A stretch of 64,000 nucleotides of DNA from Nitrospirota bacterium. GTDB taxonomy: Bacteria > Nitrospirota > UBA9217. The translations under genes and the position numbers were made by a program. Shown here piece after piece: positions 1 to 10,259 of this stretch (positions are counted from its first letter, which is position 1; each line of letters starts with the position of its first letter). The notes below the pieces were generated by a model that was not told the DNA's origin, searched no databases, and saw only the letters and a list, made by a program, of their open reading frames with translations. The stretch covers positions 32,001 through 96,000 of the forward strand of contig CAWCKW010000003.1 in the NCBI GenBank assembly GCA_963796285.1, read 5' to 3'.

Positions 1-2
1 GA

Positions 3-440
3 AATACCAGAACGCCGCTGGGCATTGCATGTTTTCGTGTGGCATTAACCGCTCTCCTGGGCTTCTTTGTCGTGTTTCCCATGCGTTCCCTTTTTGCATT
101 AGACGCCATATACTGCTCGGCTGCTCTCACCGCATCGGCAGGCGTCGCGGGCTGGATCGAGTTTCTGCTGTTCAGATACGCCCTCGCTGCAAACATCGGC
201 CGCTTTAATCTCGGGGGCCGGATGATAATGGCGCTTTGGGGCATAGCCATCGCATCCGCCGCTATCGTCTTAGGAGTAGAGTTGTTCGTACCTGGATTTC
301 ATGTTGTCATTCGCGGGATCGTCATACTGGGGCTTTACGGCCTGCTCTACATTGGCGGTGCTACTGCAGCAGGAATCCCGGAAGCGGCGGAAGCGATTCG
401 TCCGATAAGACGGTACCTTTCAGGCATCAAGGAAAGATAA
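3..440 (+). CDS. murJ: Lipid II flippase MurJ/MviN, C-terminal part (5' end lies outside the window)
   Basis: The frame upstream of ORF 39..440 reads NTRTPLGIACFRVALT, matching the MurJ (D/N)TRTP motif, followed by several TM helices. Confidence 0.8.
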   Translation, partial: NTRTPLGIACFRVALTALLGFFVVFPMRSLFALDAIYCSAALTASAGVAGWIEFLLFRYALAANIGRFNLGGRMIMALWGIAIASAAIVLGVELFVPGFHVVIRGIVILGLYGLLYIGGATAAGIPEAAEAIRPIRRYLSGIKER

Positions 441-493
441 TCCTGATGTTATACGTTGCTTCGTGAATTATGTCTTGCCCACTCGCCGTCATT

Positions 494-1012
494 TTAATTG
501 ATATTATCCATAATATAGTTGATGATATCCGTCAGAGTGATAATGCCCGACAGTCTGTCATTGTCGACGACAGGGAGCTGCTTTATCCCCTTGAGGATCA
601 TGAGAGAACCCGCCTTCACGATGGGAGTGTCGCTCGTTATTGTGATGGGCGGCGTCCCCATGAGGGCCCGCACCTTCAGGTCGTCCAGCTGGTGCGCCCT
701 CACTTCGATGCCCTCGAAGCTCGCCATGTGGCGCTCGCCGTCCCTAATGTCAGAATAGCCCGGCAGCATGGCTTTTGAAATATCTGCCTTCGGAATTACT
801 CCAGCAACCGTTCCCCCATCCAACACCACAAGGCCGTTTAGCAGAAAGGCCTTGAAAATATCGGCCTTCGTAATTACTCCTACAATCGTTTCGCCATTCA
901 GCACAACGAGGCCGTTTACGTGGTGTTTCTTGAGGATCTTGGCACAATCCTTCAAGGTTTGTTCCTGCCCAATGGTATGGACTTGCTTCGTCATAATCTC
1001 GGATGTCTTCAT
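494..1012 (-). CDS. CBS-domain protein with an internal 26-aa duplication
   Basis: MKTSEIMT...GLVVLNGETIVGVITKADI and IKQLPVVDNDRLSGIITLTDI are CBS motifs. AAGGAG RBS upstream. Confidence 0.9.
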   Translation of the reverse strand: MKTSEIMTKQVHTIGQEQTLKDCAKILKKHHVNGLVVLNGETIVGVITKADIFKAFLLNGLVVLDGGTVAGVIPKADISKAMLPGYSDIRDGERHMASFEGIEVRAHQLDDLKVRALMGTPPITITSDTPIVKAGSLMILKGIKQLPVVDNDRLSGIITLTDIINYIMDNIN

Positions 1013-1186
1013 GACTAGATCTCCTTCGGAGAAAGATTATTAGCCACAGTGCTCACAATGAATTTAGAGAATAGCTTTGGGCTTCTCGACCGGTGATTAT
1101 AAGTTGTAATCTGTTCGATTATAGCAGATTCTATTCAAAGGTAGGTATTGCCGGTGAATTCAGGCCGAACTACGCTCGACCAGCAT

Positions 1187-3648
1187 CTATGCCGCAGCCG
1201 CGGGAACGCGCCATTTGATCATCGCGACCTTTACGGCGTCGTTCACGACAAGGCACGAGACCATCGCATAGCCGAAGATCACGAGCGTCTGCCACCAGGG
1301 CAAGGGCATGAGTCCCGGCAGCCCCACGAACGTCAGGATGGTGCCCGTGAGCGCATTTGCCACAAGAGCCCCCGCCAGGCTCTTGCTGGGCATCGTCGTC
1401 CAGAACCAGTGGCGCTCCCGCGCGGACACGATGGAGAACACGGCAAAATAGAGCAGCGTGAGGAAGCTGAAGGTAGTGAGGGCATTGTCGTTCGTTGCCA
1501 AGCCGAAACGCGACCAGCCGATCCACAAGAAGAGCAGCGCCTCCGCGACCATCGTAACTCCCAGCACCGCGGAAACGGTAATGAATCCCCCGATGTTCCA
1601 CGTCTCAGGCTTTTTGGATGGCTGAACATGGTCGGTGGCAAGAGCGATCTTCGCGAAGTCCGTCATGAAGACCAGCAGCAGCATCGCAAAGGCTGAGACA
1701 ACGAACTTGCCGGTCACCACGAACGCGATGGCCACGAAAGCAGCCTTCAGGATCGTCCGGCTGATCTTGTTGATGATCCACGTGAGTATGCGTTGATAGA
1801 TGGTCCGACCTTGCTCGACCAAAGCCACGATGTTCGTCAGCCCTGGTTCTGTCAAAACGACGCTTGCGGCGCCCTTTGCAATGTCGGTGGCGGTGCTGAC
1901 GGCGATGCCCACTTCGGCCTGGCGCAGCGCGGGCGCATCGTTGACGCCATCGCCCGTCATGCCGGTCACATGCCCTGCGGCTTGCAGGTGCTGCACCACG
2001 ATGTATTTGTCCTCCGGGTACACTTCGGCGAAGCCATCGGCGCCCGCCAGCAAGTCCACCGCCTCGTTGCCGGCCTGAGCGCTCGCGGCCTTCAGGTCCG
2101 CCACGCGCCGTATGTTGGGCAACCCGACGCCGCGCGCGATCTCACTCGCGACAGCCAGTGCGTCGCCGGAGAGCATCTTCACGGGAACACCGAGGCCGTG
2201 AAGTGTGGCGATGAGCTGCTTTGCCTCCGGTCGCGGCGGATCATACAACGTCACCAATCCGACCAATGCAAGGGTGCCCGTCTCGGGGCCGCGCGCTACC
2301 GCCAGTGTCCGATATCCCTTCAGCGCCGATTCTCTGACCTGCGCCTCCAACGCCTCGATCGCCGGGGGCTGGAGTCCGCAGGCCTGGGCAACGCTTCGCA
2401 CGGCGCCTTTCATCACGCGCAGCCGCTGCCCGTTCTGTTCGACCACGGCTTCCGTCCTCCGGTTTGTTGCATCGAACGGAGTGAAGGAGACCGGCATGAC
2501 CCTGGGAAGATCGTCGAAGATATGCCGCCCTTTTGCCGCGGCGAGGAACGCCAAATCGATCGGATCCTGGTTGGCTTCCTGAGACGCGAGGGCGCCGACA
2601 AACAGCACGTCGGATTCCGTCGCGTGCTCCAGCGGGATCACTCCGGTGACCGCCAGTTGGTTCATCGTGATCGTGCCCGTCTTGTCCACGCAAAGCACAT
2701 CCATCGTCGCCGCATCCTCCGCGGCGCTGAGGCGCGTGACCAGCACGCCGCGCTTCGCCAGCTCCTTCGCCCCGAAAGCCATGCTGACCGTGAACATGAC
2801 GGGGAGGGCGACCGGCACCGCGCTCATCAGCAGGACCAGCATGAGCGGGACCATCTCAAGAAGCGGCGCATGGCGGATGAGCGACAGGACGATCACTACG
2901 CCCAGCAGCGCGCCGACGATAACGAAGAGCCAGCGGACCACCTTGGCCACCACCGCTTCGATGTGAAGCTTCGGACGCGCCTCCTGCACAAGTTCCGTGG
3001 TTCGGCCGAAGTAGGTCTTCGCGCCGGTCAGAATTACCACGCCGTTGCCTTCTCCCCGGCGGACCACGGACCCCGAAGAGAGCACTTCGCCGGGGGCTTT
3101 GTCGGCATCCTGCGACTCGCCGGTGAGGGCCGACTGGTCAACACTCAACGCTCCGGTGAGAAGTTTTACGTCAGCCGGGATGATGTCGCCGGGACGCACG
3201 CGGAGGATGTCGCCGGGGACCAGCTCACGGGCGGGAATGACCTGCCAATTGGCGTCACGCAGCACGCGCGCACTGACCTGCAAGCGCTGCCGAAGCGTTT
3301 CGACGACACCGGCGGCGCGATGCTCCTGGATAAAGCTCAACACGGCATTGACAACCAGCAGTGCGCTGACCACCGCGAGGTCCGAGTATTTCCCGAGGAC
3401 AGCCGACAGGACCATGATCAGTTCGAGCATCCATGCCGACACGCCCCAGAATTTCTCGAGGAACTTGAGGACCGGGTGCCTCTTCTGCTCGGCCACTTCG
3501 TTGTAGCCGTGCTCCTTCAAACGGGCCTCCACATCCGCCCGCGTGAGACCGGCCTCCGGGGCCACATGAAGCAGCGAGAGCGTATCAGGCACCGACGCGG
3601 AAGCGATATCGGGTCCCTTCTTATTTGATGGCATCGAACTCAAGATCA
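1187..3648 (-). CDS. Plasma-membrane proton-efflux P-type ATPase (type IIIA)
   Basis: DKTGT, TGES, MTGDGVNDAPAL, PVALP in TM4 and QDPID are typical of P3A H+-ATPases. Start chosen at ATG 3648 behind GGAGG (alternative 3633). Confidence 0.9.
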
Positions 3649-3867
3649 TGCACCTCCGGTAATTGACGCCGCCCAGCGCGAAGCTCAAGGGCGCGGTGGC
3701 TTTTATACTGCGAGGCGCTTGAGCCGCGTCTCCCTTCAGTTATTGTACCAGATGGAGAGTTGGATTTTGCGCGAAACCTCTAATTCCGGCGCGGCACTAC
3801 AAAGGGCAGGAGCTAATCTTTTCTCCATCTGCTCAGTTCATGGAGTCACTCTTTTCGCGGATAAGGA

Positions 3868-3905
3868 AGGCCGCTGAATCGTACGGAGTCAGCGGCCTTA
3901 GTTTA
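3868..3905 (-). terminator. Hairpin terminator after the cytochrome c gene
   Basis: aaggccgctga...tcagcggcctt inverted repeat. Confidence 0.55.
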
Positions 3906-3933
3906 TTTAGAAGTAAGATGTAGATACAACACT

Positions 3934-4506
3934 TTACAATGCTTTTTTTATTGAGAATGCACCGCGTATTTGGTTGACCGTATAGCCGGTGGCCTTATCG
4001 TGCGGATACTCGGCAGTAAGCTGTTCCTTGACCTGCGGCGCAATGGTTTCCAATGGACCATGGCACTTCAGGCAGATATCCTGCATCGGGATCGCCTTCA
4101 TATAACGCATAAATTTGCCCTGCGGTTCAATAACGATTTCAGCAAATTCCATGTTTGCAGGATTTTCCTTTTCCAGGCGACTTGCAAAATCAGCCAGCAC
4201 TTTCTGCTCCCATGCATCTGGTGAGCCAAGCAAGGGGTTCCGGGTTTTCAAGGAAACCCGCGTTACACGCTGTCCGGTCTTTCGCGATAGATCGGAGGTA
4301 ATTGCCGGAGCAAGGTCCTTGCAAACTTTGATCGCTGCTGCCGGGCCATTTGCCGTCATTTCTTTCTGCAGTGCACCTCCCAGTTGAGACACCATTTCTT
4401 TGACCACGTTGCGGCTGTCTTCTTGAAATTTCGCCAAATCGTCTGCCATTGCCGGACTCGCACTCAAAAAAAGTGCCAGGGTAACCATGAGCCATGTATT
4501 TCTCAT
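3934..4506 (-). CDS. Periplasmic c-type cytochrome, DUF3365/Tll0287-like
   Basis: Signal peptide, RVSLKTRNP..PDAWE, single CLKCH heme motif, DKATGY..GAFS. Confidence 0.88.
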   Translation of the reverse strand: MRNTWLMVTLALFLSASPAMADDLAKFQEDSRNVVKEMVSQLGGALQKEMTANGPAAAIKVCKDLAPAITSDLSRKTGQRVTRVSLKTRNPLLGSPDAWEQKVLADFASRLEKENPANMEFAEIVIEPQGKFMRYMKAIPMQDICLKCHGPLETIAPQVKEQLTAEYPHDKATGYTVNQIRGAFSIKKAL

Positions 4507-4522
4507 AACATTTATTCTCCTT

Positions 4523-5023
4523 TTAATTTGTTACGTCGTGCACTTCATTTAACGACGTATCTATTATGTTGTACGAAACTTTCACATCCATGTCTTTTCT
4601 TAGTGAGTTGTAGACGGAGCAGTATTTTTCATGCGACAGGGATACGGCACGGGCGACTTTTTTTGTGTTCAGGTTTTTCCCTGTAAGATGAAGAGCTATC
4701 TCTACTGTTTTAAAGTACTGAGGCGGTGTTGTGTTCCGTTCCCCGGCGATATCCACTTTGAAATTCTCCAGTTCCATCTTCATCTTCTGCAAGAACATAA
4801 CAACGTCGATGCCCATACAACCGGCCAAGCTCAAGAGTAGAGCGTCCGTTGGTTTGCAGCCCCACTGGACATGGGCGTCGAACTCTATTTCATACCCTTC
4901 CTGTGTTCTTCCGACGAATATCAGTTCCTTGTCCCAGGTCAAAGTTGCTTTGGACAAATGGTTGATTTTTTGTTTATATCCCGTTAAGGACTGTTCCAGC
5001 TCTTCCTTCTCGTTCTCAGACAT
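4523..5023 (-). CDS. OsmC/YhfA family protein
   Basis: PTDALLLSLAGCMGIDV and SHEKYCSV motifs. Confidence 0.9.
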   Translation of the reverse strand: MSENEKEELEQSLTGYKQKINHLSKATLTWDKELIFVGRTQEGYEIEFDAHVQWGCKPTDALLLSLAGCMGIDVVMFLQKMKMELENFKVDIAGERNTTPPQYFKTVEIALHLTGKNLNTKKVARAVSLSHEKYCSVYNSLRKDMDVKVSYNIIDTSLNEVHDVTN

Positions 5024-5059
5024 AATAACTCTCCATTGCTGTCATTCCGCTTTTGTCAA

Positions 5060-5098
5060 GAAAGGAGCCCGCCCCGGCTCAGAACGGGCTTTTTGTTT
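5060..5098. terminator. Hairpin (terminator-like) between the OB-fold gene and osmC
   Basis: aggagcccg...cgggcttttt. Confidence 0.45.
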
Positions 5099-5100
5099 TG

Positions 5101-5556
5101 CTATCTTCTCCACCCCGCCCATGCGGGGACGCCCGAGCTATCCCGCAGGATAAGGACGCTGTCACCCTTTTTGCATTCCGCCGCGATGATGGCTGGTTTG
5201 CCATCAAAGGTTACCCTTGATCCCTTCACCTCGATCTTGTCGCCTTTCTCAAGTTTCACGTCTTGCCGCTCAAGGTACCATTCCGGGCCGAGATGAATGG
5301 CTATGGCCTCTTTGTCCGTCTTAAGCATGAGATGGATACCGGAGTACATCCCCTTCATTGGTGTTATCTTGTCCACTGATTCTATGACTCCGGAAACGGT
5401 CTCCACTGTTGCCGGATCGTACATCCTCTGGTAGGATGAGCCCATGCCCCACCCGCCGCTCCCGCGCCAGCCTTTCCAGGGGCCCGCAAGGGCGACCGAA
5501 GAGACAAAAAGCACTGATAAAGCAACTACCACACTGATAATTCTTGCTGTTCTCAT
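5101..5556 (-). CDS. Secreted OB-fold protein (conserved hypothetical)
   Basis: Signal peptide, Gly/Trp-rich N-terminus, YDPATVETVSG...HLGPEWYL...GDKIEVKGSRV...LRD..G.P.W pattern. Confidence 0.7.
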   Translation of the reverse strand: MRTARIISVVVALSVLFVSSVALAGPWKGWRGSGGWGMGSSYQRMYDPATVETVSGVIESVDKITPMKGMYSGIHLMLKTDKEAIAIHLGPEWYLERQDVKLEKGDKIEVKGSRVTFDGKPAIIAAECKKGDSVLILRDSSGVPAWAGWRR

Positions 5557-5736
5557 GACTGCCTCCTTTTAGCCGGGATTAAATGATGCGTTCATTCAGC
5601 AAACTATTTCTTTTTTGTATTTTCAAGACCTGGCTTTACTTACAAGAATTACATGTCGAAATACCAAGCAAATGGTAGAGCGGGCACCATCCGATCGGGA
5701 AACTCGGGCTGATCGGAGACTGGTCCCGGAATGTGA

Positions 5737-6105
5737 TCAAAATGTCACGTTCTGGCGCTTCATGAGGAGTTCCCCAAGATAGGACCCCGGCTTGACCTCA
5801 GCATTCTTGATCCACTCCGCTCCCTCAAGACCATATGGTTTAACGCAGGATGCGCAGATATAGAACTTGCAGTCGAAGTCTTCGACCAGGCTTTTCATAA
5901 GTTCCGCAACAGGCGAAAAACCCTTCTGCCACTGGACCGACTCGGCAAAGCCCTTCCGCGCCAGGTGCACACCTTCATTCATCAGGAAAAAGTCTATCTT
6001 GGCATCAAAAGCCGCCATGTTGGTGGCAAGCTGGAGCGCTGCGGCTGCGCGTTCAATAGCATCATACGAATGAGTGAGCACGAAGACGAATTCCTTGTTT
6101 TCCAT
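5737..6105 (-). CDS. DsrE/DsrF-like family protein
   Basis: FFLMNEGVHLARKG and YICASC motifs. AGGAG RBS before ATG 6105. Confidence 0.85.
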   Translation of the reverse strand: MENKEFVFVLTHSYDAIERAAAALQLATNMAAFDAKIDFFLMNEGVHLARKGFAESVQWQKGFSPVAELMKSLVEDFDCKFYICASCVKPYGLEGAEWIKNAEVKPGSYLGELLMKRQNVTF

Positions 6106-6136
6106 CTTTTTCTCCTTTTGATCTCGACGGTGATAC

Positions 6137-6517
6137 TTAATGAGCGCAACCCCCATCATCGCTGTGGCCACCGCAGCACCCCTGGACCGTCAACACAGGA
6201 AGGTTTTTCGCCTGAAACAGAGAAAGATTTTCCCGTATTGTCTCCCCCTGCGAACGATGCACCGTGATTCCCATCTGGTTCAGCCTGGTAAGAGCTCCCG
6301 CTCCGATGCCACCAACAACGATCGCATCGACCTTTTGGTTATCGAGCGCCTTCATCGGGTTGCATGCGCCATGCGTGTGGTGCTGGTCCCGATTGTTTAT
6401 CGACGCAACGCCGTTTGTGTCCGTATCGAAAACGACAAATACCGGCGCTGAGCCAAAATGGTTGTACACCGTGCTCTCGATCCCATTATCATTCTGGACT
6501 GGAAAACAGATCTTCAT
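6137..6517 (-). CDS. NifB/NifX-family (dinitrogenase FeMo-cofactor domain) protein
   Basis: MKICFP...HFGSAP.F...VDAIVVGGIGAGA, Cys/His-rich tail. Confidence 0.9.
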   Translation of the reverse strand: MKICFPVQNDNGIESTVYNHFGSAPVFVVFDTDTNGVASINNRDQHHTHGACNPMKALDNQKVDAIVVGGIGAGALTRLNQMGITVHRSQGETIRENLSLFQAKNLPVLTVQGCCGGHSDDGGCAH

Positions 6518-6551
6518 GTGATGTTCCTCCTCTTTATGGTTTATACAACGA

Positions 6552-6827
6552 TTATTCAAATACGATAGCCTGGCCTTTGCTCAGGGCTTTCGCAACCTTT
6601 TTCCGTGCTGTCGTGAGTATTCTTTGAACGGTCCCTCTTGATACGCCCATCCTGGCGCCGGCCTCCGCTTGCGTAAGATCATCCAGATCGCAGAGCTTTA
6701 AAGCCTCAAGCTCTTCCCGCAAAAGGGGTATTTGCTCGACCTCGGACATCGGGATGCATGTGGGTTTGAAGGCTTTGCCTTTAAACTTACACTTGCAGTT
6801 TCGCGGCTTTTTGCACCTCGGCGACAT
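6552..6827 (-). CDS. DUF134 (UPF0251) helix-turn-helix DNA-binding protein
   Basis: PRCKKPR...FKP...EELEALKLCDLDDLTQAEAGARMGVSRGTVQRIL..ARKKVAKAL. Confidence 0.92.
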   Translation of the reverse strand: MSPRCKKPRNCKCKFKGKAFKPTCIPMSEVEQIPLLREELEALKLCDLDDLTQAEAGARMGVSRGTVQRILTTARKKVAKALSKGQAIVFE

Positions 6828-6842
6828 GCTTGCCCCCTCTCG

Positions 6843-6890
6843 TTTTGTGCATATGCTCATAAACATAACAGGCGCCGGTGATAATGTCAA
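6843..6890 (-). promoter_or_regulatory. Sigma70 promoter plus overlapping palindromic operator of the DUF134 operon
   Basis: TTGACA-N17-TATGTT on the minus strand. Imperfect palindrome TTTATGAGCATATGCACAAAA covers the predicted +1. Confidence 0.65.
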
Positions 6891-7401
6891 GGATCATTCA
6901 GGGGCCTTTCGCTTTTATTAGAAAAGACGCGTAGATAGAATATCGTTATATTTTAAGCATAACGGAAAAACTGCTGTCATCGCGCTTGATTTTGAAGGTA
7001 ATGAAATACTCAGAAAGATAGGATAGTTTGAGCCGGAGGTATTTGTGGAAAACTCGAAATGGCAAGAAAAAAGACTGCCCGTAGAGCGGCAAAAGTCATG
7101 TTGCGATAACAAGAGGTAACTTAGAGTATGTCAGTTCTTAATGAAGAAACAGAGGTCTCAAAGAAACAAGCGCTGGGCTGCGTGGGGAAGTTGTTTCCTA
7201 TGATGCCTCATGATTCCTTGTTGCCGAACTTTTATTTTGATCGCCGTCGGCTCCTGTGCGCCGACCGCGCAGAGCAAAAGGCCGACACATCAATCTTGCC
7301 TTATTAACTATCGGAACTGCGCTTTACGTAATGCAACCAGGGAAACAACGTCTCCGGATATGTTCATCCCGCGGTACCCGCTGCTGCAGAGAAGAACATC
7401 C

Positions 7402-8019
7402 TCAATCCAGGATCTTGAGGGCATAGCAGCACATATGGTTGTCGAGGACCTTGTCCACGACCTCCCGGGCCGCACCGCTTTCCTTCAGCCACTTTTCCGC
7501 GAAGCCCTTCTTGCCGGACCCGGACTTGCACCCGAGCTGTATGACCCGGATCTTCTTGCCGCCGATCTTGATCTTTCCCGCGAACGCGCTCCTCATCGGC
7601 TGATGCACGGAGCAGAACGGGCTTACCCCGGCCCCCTCGCCGACCTGGTACTGGTCGGTGATGTTGCTCTGCCTATTGAACTCCGCGGTGAAATCCGCAA
7701 ACCCCTCGGGCAGCTTCTCGAACACCTTGGTGTAGTTCTTGATGGACGGGCCGAAGGGACAGTTCTTCAGGCCGAAGATGTAGTTGTCCATGTGGGTCGC
7801 CTTGCCTTCGATCACCGTGATGGGGTTCGTCGCGTTCTCGATCGCTGCGAGATATGCCTCGAAGGTCGGGTAGTCGGTCTCCGCGATCCGGTCCGCCGTC
7901 TTGATGGCGTTCCGGATCAGCGTCCCCTTGGCGCTTGCCGCGCCGGAGAGCGTGATCATGACCTTGATCATGTCGAGAAAACTGATGTGCGCTATATCGA
8001 GAATATTTTCGTCACTCAT
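7402..8019 (-). CDS. Hypothetical Cys/His-containing protein, V4R/MetOD-like (copy 2)
   Basis: 205 aa with a CPF...FCSVHQ...LGC...MCCY pattern. Near-identical to 9443..10060. The fold call is inference. Confidence 0.75.
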   Translation of the reverse strand: MSDENILDIAHISFLDMIKVMITLSGAASAKGTLIRNAIKTADRIAETDYPTFEAYLAAIENATNPITVIEGKATHMDNYIFGLKNCPFGPSIKNYTKVFEKLPEGFADFTAEFNRQSNITDQYQVGEGAGVSPFCSVHQPMRSAFAGKIKIGGKKIRVIQLGCKSGSGKKGFAEKWLKESGAAREVVDKVLDNHMCCYALKILD

Positions 8020-8065
8020 AATTTACTCCCCCCTAACCCGGACAAGCCGGAACCAAGCAAATCTT

Positions 8066-8147
8066 TTTCTCGCAAAGACGCAAAGGTCGCAAAGGGGTAA
8101 ATCATAAATCCTGCCTTTCTTGGCGCTCTTTGCGTCTTTGCGAGAGA
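8066..8147. repeat. REP-like inverted repeat built from ~9-nt CGCAAAG units
   Basis: tctcgcaaagacgcaaaggtcgcaaag...cttggcgctctttgcgtctttgcgaga. Confidence 0.8.
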
Positions 8148-8218
8148 TAAGGTTTTCTCTCTTTCGTCTTACTCTTAATCCGATGGTATCCTGTTATCCT
8201 GTCAAAAAAGGATTTCCA

Positions 8219-9406
8219 TTATATCGCGGCCGCGAGCGCAAGTTCGTGGCTGTGCTTCTTCAGCTTCAGCCGGATCATGCCGAGGTTCGCCTCCCGGTCG
8301 GCGACGATCACCAGAAACGCGTCCTCGCCGATCGGCGAGAGCATGACCGGGCCCTTCTCGAACTCGATCATGTTGATATGCATGGCGCCTTTGTCGAGCT
8401 GTCTCCCCATGGACGAGGACGCGCCGAAGCCGCTCGAGGCGATCGCGCCGATCATTTCCCGGTCGATGCCGCTCCGCGCGATGCTGTCGAGCAGAAACCC
8501 GTCGCGCGCGACGAGGCAGACGGCTTCGATGTTCTGCATCTTCGCCAGCTCGCTCAATATTTCCCGTGTCGTTGCCATGTTTCCCTCCTGCTTGGATGCC
8601 GCTACTGCGGCCTTGTGCTCTTCATGCTCCATGCTCCGTATCTCCGCCTTCGGCGCTTCGGCCTGGGGGGCCGGCGCGGGCATGGCGGCGCGTTCGGTAT
8701 CAGGCGCCCGCGCAATGACATCGGGTCTTACCGGCCCGGACGCTTCTTTTCGCGTGCGACCTTCCTTGAGCAGCTCTTCCACCGACTTCGATACATTTTT
8801 CTCCGTTATCGCGCACGTTCGGGAAATATCGATTTTCGCTCGATCCCAGGCAGCCATGTGGCTCACTGCAGCATCACCGTGCAAAGGCCCGCTAAAAGCA
8901 TAAATCAGCTCCCCCATGTTGAAATAGAGGGTCCCCGATTCCCCGCCGAATTCTACGGACAGCGTACAGGTCCTTTTCTCATTCGCGACCAGCCGGAGGA
9001 ACGCGGGAAGGTTGAGGCCTTGATAATGTCCGGCGGTCGCGAGGTTCAATTCGGTCACGATCGCGGAGGTCAGTTCCTCGAGATCGAATGGTTTCCGAAT
9101 ATAATGGGGGACGTCGAGCAGTTTTAATTTTTTTTCAATGTCCGGCGCCGTGCCGTGCGCGGTCATGATGATGGAGGGAATGTCGGGATGGTGCTTGCTC
9201 ATATACGCCATCAGCTCGAACCCGTCCACCACCGGCATTTTGAGGTCGGTCACGACCAGGTCCACCGGCTGCGAGGATAGGATCACGCTCGCCTTGGCGC
9301 CGTTTTCCGCGGTCACGATCGTGAACGCGCCGGCGTGCTCCCGGAAACCCTCTTTCAGGCTTTGCAGCAGGTTTGTTTCATCATCAACGATCAGAACAGT
9401 CTTCAT
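8219..9406 (-). CDS. Response regulator: REC + DUF4388/PATAN-like + C-terminal Roadblock/LC7 (MglB-like) domain (copy 2)
   Basis: REC (VLIVDD, TDLKMP, KPF), then LPAFLRLVANEKRTCTL..GTLYF..GELIYA, then LAKMQNIEAVCLVARDGFLL...NLGMIRL. Confidence 0.88.
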   Translation of the reverse strand: MKTVLIVDDETNLLQSLKEGFREHAGAFTIVTAENGAKASVILSSQPVDLVVTDLKMPVVDGFELMAYMSKHHPDIPSIIMTAHGTAPDIEKKLKLLDVPHYIRKPFDLEELTSAIVTELNLATAGHYQGLNLPAFLRLVANEKRTCTLSVEFGGESGTLYFNMGELIYAFSGPLHGDAAVSHMAAWDRAKIDISRTCAITEKNVSKSVEELLKEGRTRKEASGPVRPDVIARAPDTERAAMPAPAPQAEAPKAEIRSMEHEEHKAAVAASKQEGNMATTREILSELAKMQNIEAVCLVARDGFLLDSIARSGIDREMIGAIASSGFGASSSMGRQLDKGAMHINMIEFEKGPVMLSPIGEDAFLVIVADREANLGMIRLKLKKHSHELALAAAI

Positions 9407-9442
9407 GTGACTTCCCGAGTTATGACTTCGGTTCGATGGGCA

Positions 9443-10060
9443 TCAATCCAGGATTTTGAGGGCGTAGCAGCACATATGGTCGTCGAGGACCTTGTCCACG
9501 ACCTCCCGGGCCACACCGCTTTCCTTCAACCACTTTTCCGCGAACCCCTTCTTGCCGGACCCGGACTTGCACCCGAGCTGTATGACCCGGATCTTCTTGC
9601 CGCCGATCTTGATCTTTCCCGCAAACGCGCTCCTCATCGGCTGATGCACGGAGCAGAACGGGCTTACCCCGGCCCCCTCGCCGACCTGGTACTGGTCGGT
9701 GATGTTGCTCTGCTTATTGAACTCCGCGGTGAAATCCGCAAACCCCTCGGGCAGCTTCTCGAACACCTTGGTGTAGTTCTTGATGGACGGGCCGAAGGGA
9801 CAGTTCTTCAGGCCGAAGATGTAGTTGTCCATGTGGGTCGCCTTGCCTTCGATCACCGTGATGGGGTTCGTCGCGTTCTCGATCGCTGCGAGATACGCCT
9901 CGAAGGTCGGGTAGTCGGTCTCCGCGATCCGGTCCGCCGTCTTGATGGCGTTCCGGATCAGCGTCCCCTTGGCGCTTGCCGCGCCGGAGAGCGTGATCAT
10001 GACCTTGATCATGTCGAGAAAACTGATGTGCGCTATATCGAGAATATTTTCGTCACTCAT
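9443..10060 (-). CDS. Hypothetical Cys/His-containing protein, V4R/MetOD-like (copy 1)
   Basis: 205 aa, 3 aa differences from 7402..8019. Confidence 0.75.
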   Translation of the reverse strand: MSDENILDIAHISFLDMIKVMITLSGAASAKGTLIRNAIKTADRIAETDYPTFEAYLAAIENATNPITVIEGKATHMDNYIFGLKNCPFGPSIKNYTKVFEKLPEGFADFTAEFNKQSNITDQYQVGEGAGVSPFCSVHQPMRSAFAGKIKIGGKKIRVIQLGCKSGSGKKGFAEKWLKESGVAREVVDKVLDDHMCCYALKILD

Positions 10061-10106
10061 AATTTACTCCCCCCTAACCCGGACAAGCCGGAACCAAGCA
10101 AATCTT

Positions 10107-10188
10107 TTTCTCGCAAAGACGCAAAGGTCGCAAAGGGGTAAATCATTAATCCTGCCTTTCTTGGCGCTCTTTGCGTCTTTGCGAGAGA
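10107..10188. repeat. REP-like CGCAAAG inverted repeat (second copy)
   Basis: Same as 8066..8147. Confidence 0.8.
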
Positions 10189-10259
10189 TAAGGTTTTCTC
10201 TCTTTCGTCTTACTCTTAATCCGATGGTATCCTGTTATCCTGTCAAAAAAGGATTTCCA

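Larger units (their letters stand above)
7402..8681. repeat. Direct repeat unit (~1.28 kb), paired with 9443..10722 (period 2041 bp)
   Basis: Near-identical sequence covering the 205-aa gene, the intergenic palindrome, the Roadblock domain and its linker. Confidence 0.95.

Noticed and set aside
1793-3628. 611-aa plus-strand ORF, and similar long antisense ORFs at 33466-35154, 45372-46595, 49521-50600 and 63078-63866
   Set aside because: These are shadows of high-GC genes on the opposite strand and have no recognisable motifs.
5101-6517. Magnetosome or nitrogenase cluster (OB-fold resembling MamS/MamX-type domains, NifX-like protein)
   Set aside because: There are no other mam or nif genes, and both families are widespread outside those systems.
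6920-7120. Possible thioredoxin-like gene remnant on the plus strand (ALDFEGNEILRKIG*FEPEVF)
   Set aside because: The similarity is too short and weak to support without a search.
7210-10141. Plus-strand duplicated ORFs 7210-8100 and 9335-10141
   Set aside because: They are antisense to the duplicated 205-aa gene, and their C-termini come from the palindromic repeat.
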